Below, one piece after another: positions 28,901 through 39,351 of a stretch of DNA of 64,000 nucleotides. The translations under genes and the position numbers were made by a program. How positions within the stretch are numbered: the first letter of the stretch is position 1; each line of letters starts with the position of its first letter. The notes beneath the pieces were generated by a model. The model made no database searches, was not told where the DNA came from, and was given only the letters and a program-made list of their open reading frames with translations. The stretch comes from Promethearchaeota archaeon (lineage in GTDB: Archaea; Asgardarchaeota; Lokiarchaeia; Sigyniarchaeales; SOKP01): the NCBI GenBank assembly GCA_048937405.1, contig JBHLNF010000008.1, forward strand, positions 1 to 64,000, written 5' to 3'.

Positions 28901-30607
28901 CTAATAAATTAAGTTATCTAATATGGATTGATATTTAGGGGCTTTTGCCATATAAGGAGCCTCTAAGAAAATATCTGGAAGAACTCCCCATGTCCCATAT
29001 TGTACACTTGGACCTGAAGCAAAACTAAATATCATCATAAGAAAATTTTTATCATATTCCATATCATTTCGAAGCTCTCTAATTCGATTGAATAAATAGT
29101 TATAAAGGTAGTAAATAGCGCTATGATATTGTATATCTACTAACGCTTGACCATATGGTTGAATTGTCCCAAAAGGATCAGGTGTTAAATGTTGACCTGC
29201 CTCATAAAACATTAATTCTTTACCTAATTCAATAGTTCGATTGAGATATCGCTCTATAGCAGGAATTATATTATATTTGATGCCATCTAAGGCTAAATTA
29301 AAAACCTCTTCTATAGAAGTATTGTTGGCAGTTTGCTCTAAAATTTCAATGGCAGTCTCATTAAATCCAAAATATGCTGCTGGCGAGATTATATCATAGC
29401 TATCTTTATCTATATTTGAAAATGTACGATTACCGACATCGAACCATCCTGCTTGAACACCAACAACACGTTTTAATCGAGTTAAATTTCCAGAAAATGT
29501 TGATGTAAAAATATCAAGTGCATTTTGAATAAAAGGTGCTGTTCGTTCTGGCCATTCAACGCTCTGATTTCCATTTTCATAACAATAATCAGCACTTGGA
29601 AACATCCAATTCCAAATTTCATTTGAATATTCTATATAAAGAGTTAATTCTGGTTCAAGCTCATCAAAAAACAACTGCGCCATTTTAGATATGTAATCAT
29701 CAGATGCTTCATGTGGAACACAAACCCATGCATTTTTATCTAGTAAATTACATAATTCAATCATGACTTCATAAGGAACCCCTCTATCATGAGAATAACA
29801 ATATTCTGAAACACGTGATCGATTTTCCCAATTTGATAAATTATCATGAAAATTTGTTTTTCCCCAATCCATAAATCGAATGGTATTAAAATTTGATAAC
29901 TTTTCCAACCATATGGGATTGAATGGATTATCAAGATAAGTTGATTCATATTCCGATTGAACCAACCTAAAATTTCGCGCATGATTTCCAAATGTTGAAG
30001 ACATTATACGAATTCCATTAAAAATATTATTTTTTGTCAAATTTAATACATACCTACCAGGAGTATTATTTATAACCTCCCAGTTTCCTTCAAATTCAAA
30101 TTCCCCCTCTCCATCATAAAAAAATATATATTCTCCTAGAGGTAAATTATACAAATAAGCAAAACAAGTATGAACTATTTGAGGTGCTTCCAACCCAAAA
30201 TCTAAAGGTAATTCTAAGGGATATCCATCTTCATCACAAGGAATTTGATCTATCAACCCAGTATTCCATAAATTCTCGCCCTCACTTACCCAATGATCGT
30301 TTCCTGTTAACCATGGACGACAAGATTTCATAAGATTTATAAATGGCCATTCTCGCCCCCAATCATTTATCCCTCCAATATTCATTCCAAAATCAATGCC
30401 CCCAGGATTTGGAAGAAATTCGGATATGTTTTCATAAGCATCAATCCAGGCATTATCATTATCATCATCAATCCCATCATCATGAAGAGTTGTTGTACTA
30501 TTAGAATTTTGCATAATCAAGTAGATTAAAAAGATTCCTGTAAAACTTCCGATAATTAATATTGAGAGAATGATTATTTTTTTGGATTTAATCCAATTTT
30601 TATTCAT
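28901..30607 (-). CDS. Membrane-anchored extracellular protein, probable clan-A-like glycoside hydrolase
   Basis: N-terminal TM helix and acidic linker; IRFMDW, EYSNEIWN and FYEAGQHL with two candidate catalytic Glu. Confidence 0.6.
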   Translation of the reverse strand: MNKNWIKSKKIIILSILIIGSFTGIFLIYLIMQNSNSTTTLHDDGIDDDNDNAWIDAYENISEFLPNPGGIDFGMNIGGINDWGREWPFINLMKSCRPWLTGNDHWVSEGENLWNTGLIDQIPCDEDGYPLELPLDFGLEAPQIVHTCFAYLYNLPLGEYIFFYDGEGEFEFEGNWEVINNTPGRYVLNLTKNNIFNGIRIMSSTFGNHARNFRLVQSEYESTYLDNPFNPIWLEKLSNFNTIRFMDWGKTNFHDNLSNWENRSRVSEYCYSHDRGVPYEVMIELCNLLDKNAWVCVPHEASDDYISKMAQLFFDELEPELTLYIEYSNEIWNWMFPSADYCYENGNQSVEWPERTAPFIQNALDIFTSTFSGNLTRLKRVVGVQAGWFDVGNRTFSNIDKDSYDIISPAAYFGFNETAIEILEQTANNTSIEEVFNLALDGIKYNIIPAIERYLNRTIELGKELMFYEAGQHLTPDPFGTIQPYGQALVDIQYHSAIYYLYNYLFNRIRELRNDMEYDKNFLMMIFSFASGPSVQYGTWGVLPDIFLEAPYMAKAPKYQSILDNLIY

Positions 30608-30718
30608 GATAAAAGAATATAAAATGACATAATTAAAAGATTATTTTTTTATATCTAAAATTCACAAATTAAATATTAGAATGAAAAAGTTATGGATGAC
30701 TTAAAAGTTGGACAATTT
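30582..30718. repeat. Degenerate direct repeat, copy A (upstream region plus first codons of the 568-aa gene)
   Basis: Aligns with 33116-33255; exact 21-mer CATGATAAAAGAATATAAAAT at 30605 and 33139. Confidence 0.8.
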
Positions 30719-30727
30719 TGTATTAAA

Positions 30728-32302
30728 TTATTTCCCCGGCATCGCCGTTACAAAAACCACTCCTTCCCATGGTAATTTAACAGATGTTCCTTTCCAAGCT
30801 AGGCGTTCTTCACGCCAGGGATCAAATTCAAGTTTTGGTGGAACATCTAGGATCATAGTAGCACGACGTTCACTATCATAGGATTCCCATTTTGGTAACA
30901 TAGAGTTATTGGGATCTCCATTTCGAGCAAAAGAAATCCAAGTATTACTCATGATATCTGCTAGAGCATAACGATCTTCTCTCGTTCCAATAATCCTTGA
31001 TGCTTCAATGTTACGAAAAATAAATGGTACTTCAATTGTATGGGCTGCTCTCAATAGACCCTTATTGCTCTCCCAGGTAAAAAAATACATGTAAACCGGC
31101 GCTCCATCCTGTTTTGATTTTTCTTCAGCTAACTCAATCGATAATATCCGTCGATCTTCACTGGAGATTGCGGTCAGTAGATCGTAAGAACTTTCCTCTG
31201 GTCGATTCTTTCGATGTGCATTGAAGACCTCCTCCGCCCGATCACCAAGCACCTTACGAATCTGCCTTATCACTTGTGAGTCATCAATCGTATTAATATT
31301 TGGTATAGAAGCCAATATTAACGCCGCTTCGTTCTTATTTGTGCCTATGATGAGAGGGACATCACGGCTTTCAGGAGATGCGGGAGAAAAGGGATCAGCG
31401 GGAAGAAATATCCCATCGATAACAGGTGATAAAAGCCAGCGGCCAGCACGACCGCCTACCAGTAAAGGATCATCTAATTGATCGATAAATTTTCCGAATT
31501 GACGAAAAAGATCATCAGCTGGTAACATCTGCAGAGATTGAGCATCACCTTTTTTAAATCCGAACCATTCAAAAAATCGAGAAGCAAGTCGGGTCGCCAT
31601 TTCAGCCGGAATACATCAGGGATGGGGGCCACTTTCTATGATTGCACGATGAAATAACCCACGTGCGGTAGGCATTCCCATTAAGACACTAACTTTTCTC
31701 CCACCACCAGATACTCCAAAGATTGTAACCTTGGACGGATCACCGCCGAAGGATTCAATATTATCTCGAATCCATTTAAGAGCTAATACAATATCCAACA
31801 TTCCAGCCAATCCCGAACCTGCGAATTCGGAACCACAGATCTCTTCCAGATAGAGAAAACCAAAAATATTAAGACGGTGGTTCACACTTACCACCACCAC
31901 ATCACCATAAGCAGCTAAATTCTCACCATTGGAAACGAAGTTGGAGCCACTACCAGCCTGGAAACCACCTCCATGCAACCACACCATAACTGGTCGTTTA
32001 TCCTCATCATTAATATCAGGGGACCATACATTTAACACAAGACAGTCTTCATTAACAGGCACTTCCAATCTCTTATTGGAAATTGGATCTCTAGGTAATA
32101 GGCTTGAATTTCCCTGGGGACAACTTGGTCCATAGTTCGTTGTCTTAAGCACATCAGTCCACGGCCTTGCCGGTATTGGTGGTCGAAACCGTCTAATACC
32201 GCTTGTATCAGCGCCATAAGGAATCCCTAGAAATATGTGAATACCCGTCGTTCCTTGATATCCCTCAACCACACCAAGAGTCGTTGTTACTTTCTCAGTC
32301 AT
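30728..32302 (-). pseudogene. Type-B carboxylesterase interrupted by one in-frame TGA (31616-31618)
   Basis: FLGIPY, EDCLVLNVW, WLHGGG, GVSGG nucleophile elbow, GTNKNE and AAHTIE; the two track ORFs share one frame: ESGPHP*CIPAEMATRL. Confidence 0.8.
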
Positions 32303-32317
32303 ATAAATTATCTCTGG

Positions 32318-33052
32318 TTATTTTTTTTTACCTTTTTGTCCGAATTCACCTGGCCAATTCCCTACCCAATAATGAGTGGGATCGACTATTTCTGGAGGCA
32401 TTTCGCCAGTCACCGGATTGGGAAAATGAAAGGGCATAACTCCAGTTTCGGGAAACGGATGATACCAAGTAGTAGGTTCATCGGCTGGATTGTTCGGATC
32501 AGACCATCTGGAATATTGGGGATTCACTTTCAGGTCTTCAAAATGAACCATAAAGATATGAATATATTTAAATTTGCTGATCTTCCATATCCCATCTTCC
32601 TTGACAAATCCTTGTTCATATACGCCTGCGTTCAAAAGAACCCTTTGGTTATCCGGATAACCCATTATGACAGGTGTTAATACGGAAAAACGACCTTTTG
32701 CAGTCTGACGATTATCAGCCACGGTAATCACTCCCATTCCACCCAATTGAAAAAGGGTATTTCCGAAATTCCAACCAACATCCCTGACATCTGAATCTAT
32801 TGGTTTACCGGGACTGATAAAATTCTTACGAAATCCCTCTTTTCCCTTATAAACTCCACGACCTCCAATCTCTATAGATTCAGCGTTTTCTGAGACCAGC
32901 TCGATTAACTGTTTGGCCATTCGGTTGTAATTGTAATACATGTAAATATAATGGAGCCGTCGGATCTCTTCAATATCTTTTTGTATCCCCAAATCATGTT
33001 CAAGGATTTTTAATTTTGCCTCAATGGCTTCAAGACGTGATTCTTCACTCAT
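32318..33052 (-). CDS. SnoaL-like / NTF2-fold protein
   Basis: DIEEIRRLHYIY, VITVADNRQTAKGRF, GVYEQGFVKEDGIWKI; upstream GGAG. Confidence 0.85.
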   Translation of the reverse strand: MSEESRLEAIEAKLKILEHDLGIQKDIEEIRRLHYIYMYYNYNRMAKQLIELVSENAESIEIGGRGVYKGKEGFRKNFISPGKPIDSDVRDVGWNFGNTLFQLGGMGVITVADNRQTAKGRFSVLTPVIMGYPDNQRVLLNAGVYEQGFVKEDGIWKISKFKYIHIFMVHFEDLKVNPQYSRWSDPNNPADEPTTWYHPFPETGVMPFHFPNPVTGEMPPEIVDPTHYWVGNWPGEFGQKGKKK

Positions 33053-33115
33053 TTTTAATTCTCCATTATTTATTGGAAAGATTTAAAACTATATTCTCGT
33101 TCCTGATCAGGAGCA

Positions 33116-33255
33116 TTGGATTTACTCCAATTTATATCCATGATAAAAGAATATAAAATAATATAATAAAAAAATTTTTATTTTTTTAATATTAGAAATT
33201 GTTAAATTGGATATTAGGGTGAAGAAGATTTGGATGATTTAAGAGTTTAAATAAT
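33116..33255. repeat. Degenerate direct repeat, copy B (relic 5' end of a paralogue of the 568-aa gene)
   Basis: Minus strand reads MDINWSKS versus MNKNWIKS, and about 110 nt of upstream sequence also aligns. Confidence 0.8.
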
Positions 33256-33285
33256 TAGAAAGATAATCACACATTATACAAATTA

Positions 33286-33690
33286 GTGATTTCAATGAAT
33301 AATCTTTTAGAAGTTAAATTTATTTCAACAAATAAAGGAAGGGGAGTATTCGCTAAAAAAAATATATCCAAAGGAGAAATAATAGACATTGCTCATATCC
33401 TCCTTATTTCTAAAAGGGATTGGAATTTTATTGAGGATACTATCTTATCTCGCTATTCTTTTGAATGGGATGACCCTAAATATATAGAAGAATATGAATC
33501 AGCTATCTCTTTAAGTATTAGCCAACTTATAAACCATTCATATGAACCAAATGTTAAATATAATTACGATTACAATAATAAATGTATCGAATATATAACT
33601 CTTCGAGATATTTCTAAAGGCGAGGAAATTACTGTAAATTATAATGGAGACCCCCTTGATATGTCACCAGTAGGATTTGATGTGGAATAA
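33286..33690 (+). CDS. SET-domain protein-lysine methyltransferase, copy 2
   Basis: KGRGVFA, INHSYEPN, DISKGEEITVNY; colinear with copy 1. Confidence 0.92.
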   Translation: MISMNNLLEVKFISTNKGRGVFAKKNISKGEIIDIAHILLISKRDWNFIEDTILSRYSFEWDDPKYIEEYESAISLSISQLINHSYEPNVKYNYDYNNKCIEYITLRDISKGEEITVNYNGDPLDMSPVGFDVE

Positions 33691-33691
33691 A

Positions 33692-34564
33692 TCAATCTTT
33701 TTTTCTTAATGATTTAAGAATTTCTAAATTCATTATATCTTCTTTCATATCTTTCCCTTTTGGAGTTTCCAATATTCCTGGCATATCCTTAAATCTTTCA
33801 TCATTTAAAAAAAAGCCAAAAGGGTCTTTTCCAATTTTTCCTTTTCCAATATGAGTATGTCTGTCAACTCTGGAGCCACATTCTTTATCAGTATCGTTTA
33901 AATGAAATGCATAAAGATACTTTAATCCAATAACCTCATCGAATTCATTCCACACCTCTTCATATCCTTTTTTTGTTCGAAAATCATATCCCGCAACAAA
34001 GGAATGAGCAGTATCAAAACAGACTCCTATTCTATTTTTGATCTTTATTTTGTCTATTAATGTTTTAAAATGATGGAACTTATTCCCTAAACCTTTACCT
34101 TGTCCCGCAGTAGTTTCGAGTAATATTATTACTTTTGATGATTTATTTGCTTCAATCAATTTGTTTAACTGATCAGCAATTTGAGTTAATGCTTCTAATT
34201 TTGTAATTTCTTTTTTATCACTTATTGGAATTACTCCTGGATGCATATTTTCATATTCTATAGTCAATTGATCAACCTTAGTAAGCTCATCAAGCATAGC
34301 GTTATATGATTTCTCCAGTTTCTCTTTGTCCAAACTTGCTAGATTTACCAAATAGCTATTATGGGAAATAACAGGCCAAATTTCATCTTTCAATTCTTCC
34401 TTCTTATTTATAAAATTATCAATCTCCTTTTGTTTTAAAGGTGCAGAGGTCCAACCGCGTACATTCCTGACGAAAACTTGAATAGCTTCACACCCTAATT
34501 TTTTTCCACTTTCAAAAGCCATATATTTACCGCCAGAAACACTCATGTGTGCGCCAATTCTCAA
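33692..34564 (-). CDS. nfo: Endonuclease IV
   Basis: IGAHMS, HNSYLVNLAS, HPG, LETTAGQG, CFDTAH, HLND, DRHTHIG, ILETP; GGTGA ahead of a TTG start. Confidence 0.96.
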   Translation of the reverse strand: MRIGAHMSVSGGKYMAFESGKKLGCEAIQVFVRNVRGWTSAPLKQKEIDNFINKKEELKDEIWPVISHNSYLVNLASLDKEKLEKSYNAMLDELTKVDQLTIEYENMHPGVIPISDKKEITKLEALTQIADQLNKLIEANKSSKVIILLETTAGQGKGLGNKFHHFKTLIDKIKIKNRIGVCFDTAHSFVAGYDFRTKKGYEEVWNEFDEVIGLKYLYAFHLNDTDKECGSRVDRHTHIGKGKIGKDPFGFFLNDERFKDMPGILETPKGKDMKEDIMNLEILKSLRKKD

Positions 34565-34692
34565 TTAAATCACCTAATTAATTACTGCTTTTGGTCTAAT
34601 ATATTTTATATATTTTATTTTCTTTTTTATTGATTGATCGTTATTCAATTAATTCAATTTTATTTAAATTAGAATAAAAATATACTTTTCTC

Positions 34693-35340
34693 TTGATTAT
34701 GAGTGAATTATATCAAATTAAACAATTGAATGAAGATCAAATTGAAGATGCTAGCAAAGTCCTCGCTCGCGCATTTCAAGATGATCCTTTATTTATATAT
34801 TGTATTCCAGATCCTATTGAAAGAGAGACTAAAATTGCTACTCACTGCGAATGGCTTATTTTACTTGGAATTTTATCCGGTGAGGTATATATAACATCAA
34901 ATGATATTGAAGGCGTGATTATATGGCATCCTCACGGAATAAAAGAATACATAATTAATAAACCATCGAAGGAGATTAAACAAAGAATGCGAAAAGTTAG
35001 AAGAGAGCTATTTTCAGATGCTTTATATACAGAAAGAATGAGTATCTTTGAAGAAATTGCTAATTCATTTCAAATTAAATATGTAAATTTTCCTCATTGG
35101 TATTTAGCTTTTATTGGTGTTAATCCTATACATCAAGGTATGGGTTATGGTAGTGAGTTAATAAAGATTAAACTTGCTTATATTGATGAACAAAACTTAC
35201 CTTGTTATTTGCATACTGAAAATGAAAAAAATGTTAAATTTTATGAGCATTTCGGATTTGAACTCTTTGGTAAAAACAAGATTCCCAATTTTGATTTTTA
35301 CCATCATGCAATGCTTCGAAATAAGAAAAAGAAAGTTTAA
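34693..35340 (+). CDS. GNAT acetyltransferase
   Basis: LARAFQDDP, HWYLAFIGVNPIHQGMGYG, YLHT..N..FYEHFGF. Confidence 0.9.
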   Translation: MIMSELYQIKQLNEDQIEDASKVLARAFQDDPLFIYCIPDPIERETKIATHCEWLILLGILSGEVYITSNDIEGVIIWHPHGIKEYIINKPSKEIKQRMRKVRRELFSDALYTERMSIFEEIANSFQIKYVNFPHWYLAFIGVNPIHQGMGYGSELIKIKLAYIDEQNLPCYLHTENEKNVKFYEHFGFELFGKNKIPNFDFYHHAMLRNKKKKV

Positions 35341-35343
35341 TAA

Positions 35344-37074
35344 TTAAAACTCATGTTTATCTAATCTATTCCAAAAATATTTCAAATCCTCTTTATCAAA
35401 AGTAAATTTTAAATTTGTTGGTTGAGAACATTCTTCTCTAAAAAATTCTGGCATATCATTCATATCTAAAGTAAATCCTGCTTTTTCATTAAATTCAAGT
35501 TCAGTTTTTAAAATATCAATCCCAATATTAATAAGATCGTCTCTTGTTAAATTCAAACTATACATAGCATTAATAACATTTACTAATATCTCCATGATTT
35601 CATATGTTGGTCCGATAAAATAGCAGCAACCCATTGAATCTACTATTGCGGTATATACTTGTAATTCGAATGATAATTCAAATTTTCCCTTATCATCAGT
35701 CAAATCACCATAATCTTTATGTTGACTTGCAACTCTTCCAGCAATGGCTGCTCCTGCTGTATGATCTGCACCCATTGGCGAAGTTGTATATGTAACTCCC
35801 ATTGCCTTAAAAACTCTTCCATCATAAGCGGAAATTCCTTGTCCTTTTACTTGAGGAATTCGTTTCGCATTAAGTTTATCCCCTATATGCTTAACACCAT
35901 TTCCATATAATTTTCCTACTTCAGTATTATTTCTTATTTCATTATCTAAAATTTCGAATACTTTAGAATCATTTCCCCATTCTACTTTTCCACAATCCAT
36001 CGCTACTCCAACTGTTACACCAAATTCCATTGTATCTATTCCTAAATCATCGCATAAATGATCGATTTTTGCTAAACTGTCCAAATTATCAATCATTAAG
36101 TTAGTACCATTCAAAGCCATAGTTTCATATTCTAAACTAGATGTAACATGGTTTCCTTGTTCGTCAACAAATAGATTTGAACATTTAATTACGCACGTTG
36201 GAGAGCATGCTAATCTCTTTTGACCTCCTCGAGCTAAAATTAACTCGTGAAGAGTTTCTCCTGAAATATTTTCTATTTTATCATAAGATCCAAATTGAAA
36301 ATTCTTTGTTGGTATTCCTCCTAATCCACTCATAGCTTTCATCATTATAGGTGTACCAAAAATTGAAAATGCTTTCCTTGTTTGAGCGAGGTTTGTTGCA
36401 AAGGGCTTTGAGATTTCTCTGAACTTTTTTAAATTGTGAATCTCAACTTTTGATTTTTTTGATGGTTTAATTATTATTGCCTTAATTTTTTTTGATCCCA
36501 TTACAGCACCTAAACCTCCCCGAGCAGCATGTCTACTTGGATAACCTTCTAAATCATTTGCACCTATAGTTGCTGATTTCATCAAATATTGACCAGTAGG
36601 TCCAATTGAATAAATACCGATCTTTTGACCAAATTTTTCCATTAATCTATTATGTAATTTGTAATTACCCAAACCATCATATTCTTCTGCTGGAATCAAC
36701 TTAATTCCATTATCATCTATTAAAATCAGCTTTAAGGAAGATGAGATATTTTCTAGAATTAGGGCTCTTATACCATGTCTAGCAAGCATCATTGCTGGTC
36801 TACCTCCTACATTAGCCTCTTTTATTCCATTTGTCAATGGACTTTTTGCTCCTATCGATGTACGACCAGAACAAGGAAAAGCACTTCCGGCTAATAATCC
36901 ATTAGAGATAATTAATTTATTTTCCCTACTTAGAGGATCACATAAAGGAGGGACTTCATTATAAATAATCTGAGAACTTAATCCTCTCGCACCAAGTAAA
37001 AAATATTTTGAATCTGGATTGATTTCTTCAAATTGTATATCTTCATTTTGAACATTAATTCTTATGATTTTCAT
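35344..37074 (-). CDS. aor: Aldehyde:ferredoxin oxidoreductase (W/Mo pterin family)
   Basis: KSPLT, ARGGLGAVMGSKKIKAI, CxxxCxxxC, EYET, DDLGIDT, GADH. Confidence 0.9.
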   Translation of the reverse strand: MKIIRINVQNEDIQFEEINPDSKYFLLGARGLSSQIIYNEVPPLCDPLSRENKLIISNGLLAGSAFPCSGRTSIGAKSPLTNGIKEANVGGRPAMMLARHGIRALILENISSSLKLILIDDNGIKLIPAEEYDGLGNYKLHNRLMEKFGQKIGIYSIGPTGQYLMKSATIGANDLEGYPSRHAARGGLGAVMGSKKIKAIIIKPSKKSKVEIHNLKKFREISKPFATNLAQTRKAFSIFGTPIMMKAMSGLGGIPTKNFQFGSYDKIENISGETLHELILARGGQKRLACSPTCVIKCSNLFVDEQGNHVTSSLEYETMALNGTNLMIDNLDSLAKIDHLCDDLGIDTMEFGVTVGVAMDCGKVEWGNDSKVFEILDNEIRNNTEVGKLYGNGVKHIGDKLNAKRIPQVKGQGISAYDGRVFKAMGVTYTTSPMGADHTAGAAIAGRVASQHKDYGDLTDDKGKFELSFELQVYTAIVDSMGCCYFIGPTYEIMEILVNVINAMYSLNLTRDDLINIGIDILKTELEFNEKAGFTLDMNDMPEFFREECSQPTNLKFTFDKEDLKYFWNRLDKHEF

Positions 37075-37221
37075 ATTTTTACAATAATAGCTTAAATTAT
37101 TTTATTTTTGTTTATTTTTTTTAAAATTTCAGATATATAGTATAGTAAAGATTTAAATTCAAAATTAAATAAAACAAATTTACTATACATTCTTATAAAT
37201 TAGGAATTTAGTGATATCAAA

Positions 37222-38046
37222 ATGGGTACTGAAAATTCAAAATATGTAAATTATTTCTTAAATCAAGAATTTTTAAAAAAATCAAAAGAAATGTGGGAAG
37301 AGAGGTTTGGAAGTCAAGCAAAAGATATAGACTATACTTTTATAAGCCATGTTTTACCTGATAAAGCAAAAAAAGACATTGATAGAGAATTCTATGTAGA
37401 ATTCAAATTATCTCATGGAAAATTGGAGTATAATATTGTTTATGATACCACGCCTCAAAAAATGAAATTGGCTTGGATTTGGTCAGGAGAACCAAAAAAG
37501 TGGAAAAAAGCATTTCAAACTGGACAATTAAAACCTTTGAAGAGAACTGTAAAGCTTTCAGATGTAAAAAAATTTGGAGTAGAAGCAATCGTTAGATTAA
37601 ATTCACTTTTCTTTGGTCATACATTCGCTATAGCTAGAGATTTTGGATTCCTTGAAGGAGAATCAACACCAGCTATTCAAGAATCTCAATTAATAGAAAA
37701 AAAGGATAGTGTACAAATAAAACAAGATATATCTAATTTGAGTTTAGAAATCGAGAACAGTGGATGGACTCCAGATTTAGGACACAAATTAGGTTGGAAT
37801 TATTTTAATATTGGAGATATAGAAAAAGCTGAAGCAGAGTTTAATAAATATATCACAGCCACAAAAAAACAAGATGTTCCTGCATTTATTTTAATGAAAT
37901 GGTTAGTAGAGAATGCAGAGAATGTTAGCTTAATGACCAATCAATCAGATGGTCTCGATCAGGTTATTGGAAGTTTTACTAAAGAAGAAATGATGGAAAT
38001 GTATGAAGAAGGCAAGAACAATTATTTAAAACAATTTCAAAAATAA
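37222..38046 (+). CDS. Hypothetical protein with a TPR-like motif and possible SCP2-like N-terminus
   Basis: HKLGWNYFNIGDIEKAEAEFNKYI is TPR-like; the N-terminal similarity is weak. Confidence 0.5.
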   Translation: MGTENSKYVNYFLNQEFLKKSKEMWEERFGSQAKDIDYTFISHVLPDKAKKDIDREFYVEFKLSHGKLEYNIVYDTTPQKMKLAWIWSGEPKKWKKAFQTGQLKPLKRTVKLSDVKKFGVEAIVRLNSLFFGHTFAIARDFGFLEGESTPAIQESQLIEKKDSVQIKQDISNLSLEIENSGWTPDLGHKLGWNYFNIGDIEKAEAEFNKYITATKKQDVPAFILMKWLVENAENVSLMTNQSDGLDQVIGSFTKEEMMEMYEEGKNNYLKQFQK

Positions 38047-38118
38047 TAGTTGAAAAATTTCTTCTATTTTTTAAAACTATTTCTGTTGTCTTATAAATAG
38101 TAAATTAAGACTTTTTTT

Positions 38119-38970
38119 TCATTTTTTTTTTGGAATACCATTCGAGCAAGCAACCCCAACTTGGCATAATCCACACCCGTAAATATCAATTCCATAATTT
38201 TTTTTAATAAAAGGAACTGTACTCCCTACGTGTTGAGAACAAACAATCTTATTATGTCGATATTCGAATGATATTGCATTTACAGGACACCTAGAGATAC
38301 ATTCACCACAATTAGTACAAAATTCATATGGATCTGAGGGTCGGTTTAAAACGTCTGTTGGAAGTTTTAAATCAATTATAATACTTCCACATCTCATAGC
38401 TTTTCCTCTCGAATTGATAAATCCGTCTGATAACCCAAATGAGCCTAAACCTGCTGCAAAACAATTATGTCTATGAGACCAGTTAGATGCCCAAATTTCT
38501 CGGTTAATATTAAATAAATCTTCATCAAGAGCAGGAGCGAATGCATTGACTCGCAGTTTTTTTAATTCATCTACTAAATATTTTTGAATATTTTTATTAG
38601 CTTGCTCTCCAAAAAGTCTTGTGTTAGCCCATCGTTCAGATGGCATTGATTTAGAATAATTAAAGTTCTCAATCTTAGTATCTTGATTAATAGGCAAGAT
38701 ATATGCAACCACACTTAGATTTTTATTGTTGAATTCAATATTATTCTTCCTGCAATACCACTCGTATGCTTCACTAGGGGTTAAATGAAACTCACCTATA
38801 ATCTTTTTATATTTAGTATAAATAGGATCATTTCCATCAGCGATACCTACAAGAATGTCAGGTTTGAATATATATGAGTCATCAATCATGCTCATTTTAT
38901 TTATTTCATCGTTTTCAAGAAAATCATTTATCTTTTGAATAAACCAATCTTTACTTACACTTTTACTCAT
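38119..38970 (-). CDS. QueG / reductive-dehalogenase-like Fe-S (cobalamin) protein
   Basis: SNWSHRH..FAAGLGSFG, CTNCGECISRCP, CGLCQVGVAC. Confidence 0.8.
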   Translation of the reverse strand: MSKSVSKDWFIQKINDFLENDEINKMSMIDDSYIFKPDILVGIADGNDPIYTKYKKIIGEFHLTPSEAYEWYCRKNNIEFNNKNLSVVAYILPINQDTKIENFNYSKSMPSERWANTRLFGEQANKNIQKYLVDELKKLRVNAFAPALDEDLFNINREIWASNWSHRHNCFAAGLGSFGLSDGFINSRGKAMRCGSIIIDLKLPTDVLNRPSDPYEFCTNCGECISRCPVNAISFEYRHNKIVCSQHVGSTVPFIKKNYGIDIYGCGLCQVGVACSNGIPKKK

Positions 38971-39351
38971 AATTTAATTAACGATATTTTCATTTCTAAT
39001 TTATTTCTCAAATTGATAATATCTATTTATTTTTTTTCTTGAAATTCAGAATCTTAACGTAAGAATTGAAGAGATATAATTTTAAATAAAATCTCAATTA
39101 TAAGGGTAATGATTGAAAATAGTTTATTATTATACTAATTTTATAAGTGTTTTTTGAAAAAACATTCTCTACTCAATAAAATTGATGAAAAAATTATTAA
39201 ATTTATCACTAAAAATATTATCATCGAAACAAAGATTTATAAATTCAACTTTCGTATATAAGCATATCACGTATATTAAATTATTATCAAATGTTTAATA
39301 CCTGTGATAGCTTTTACGCTTTTTAAATAATTTATTACATTGTGACTAATT

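Noticed and set aside
30728-33110. Calling the higher-GC cassette a transposon or integrative element
   Set aside because: No transposase, integrase, terminal inverted repeats or tRNA target seen
38119-38970. Calling this gene queG or a true reductive dehalogenase
   Set aside because: The motifs support only the shared superfamily; no Tat signal or RdhB anchor gene is present
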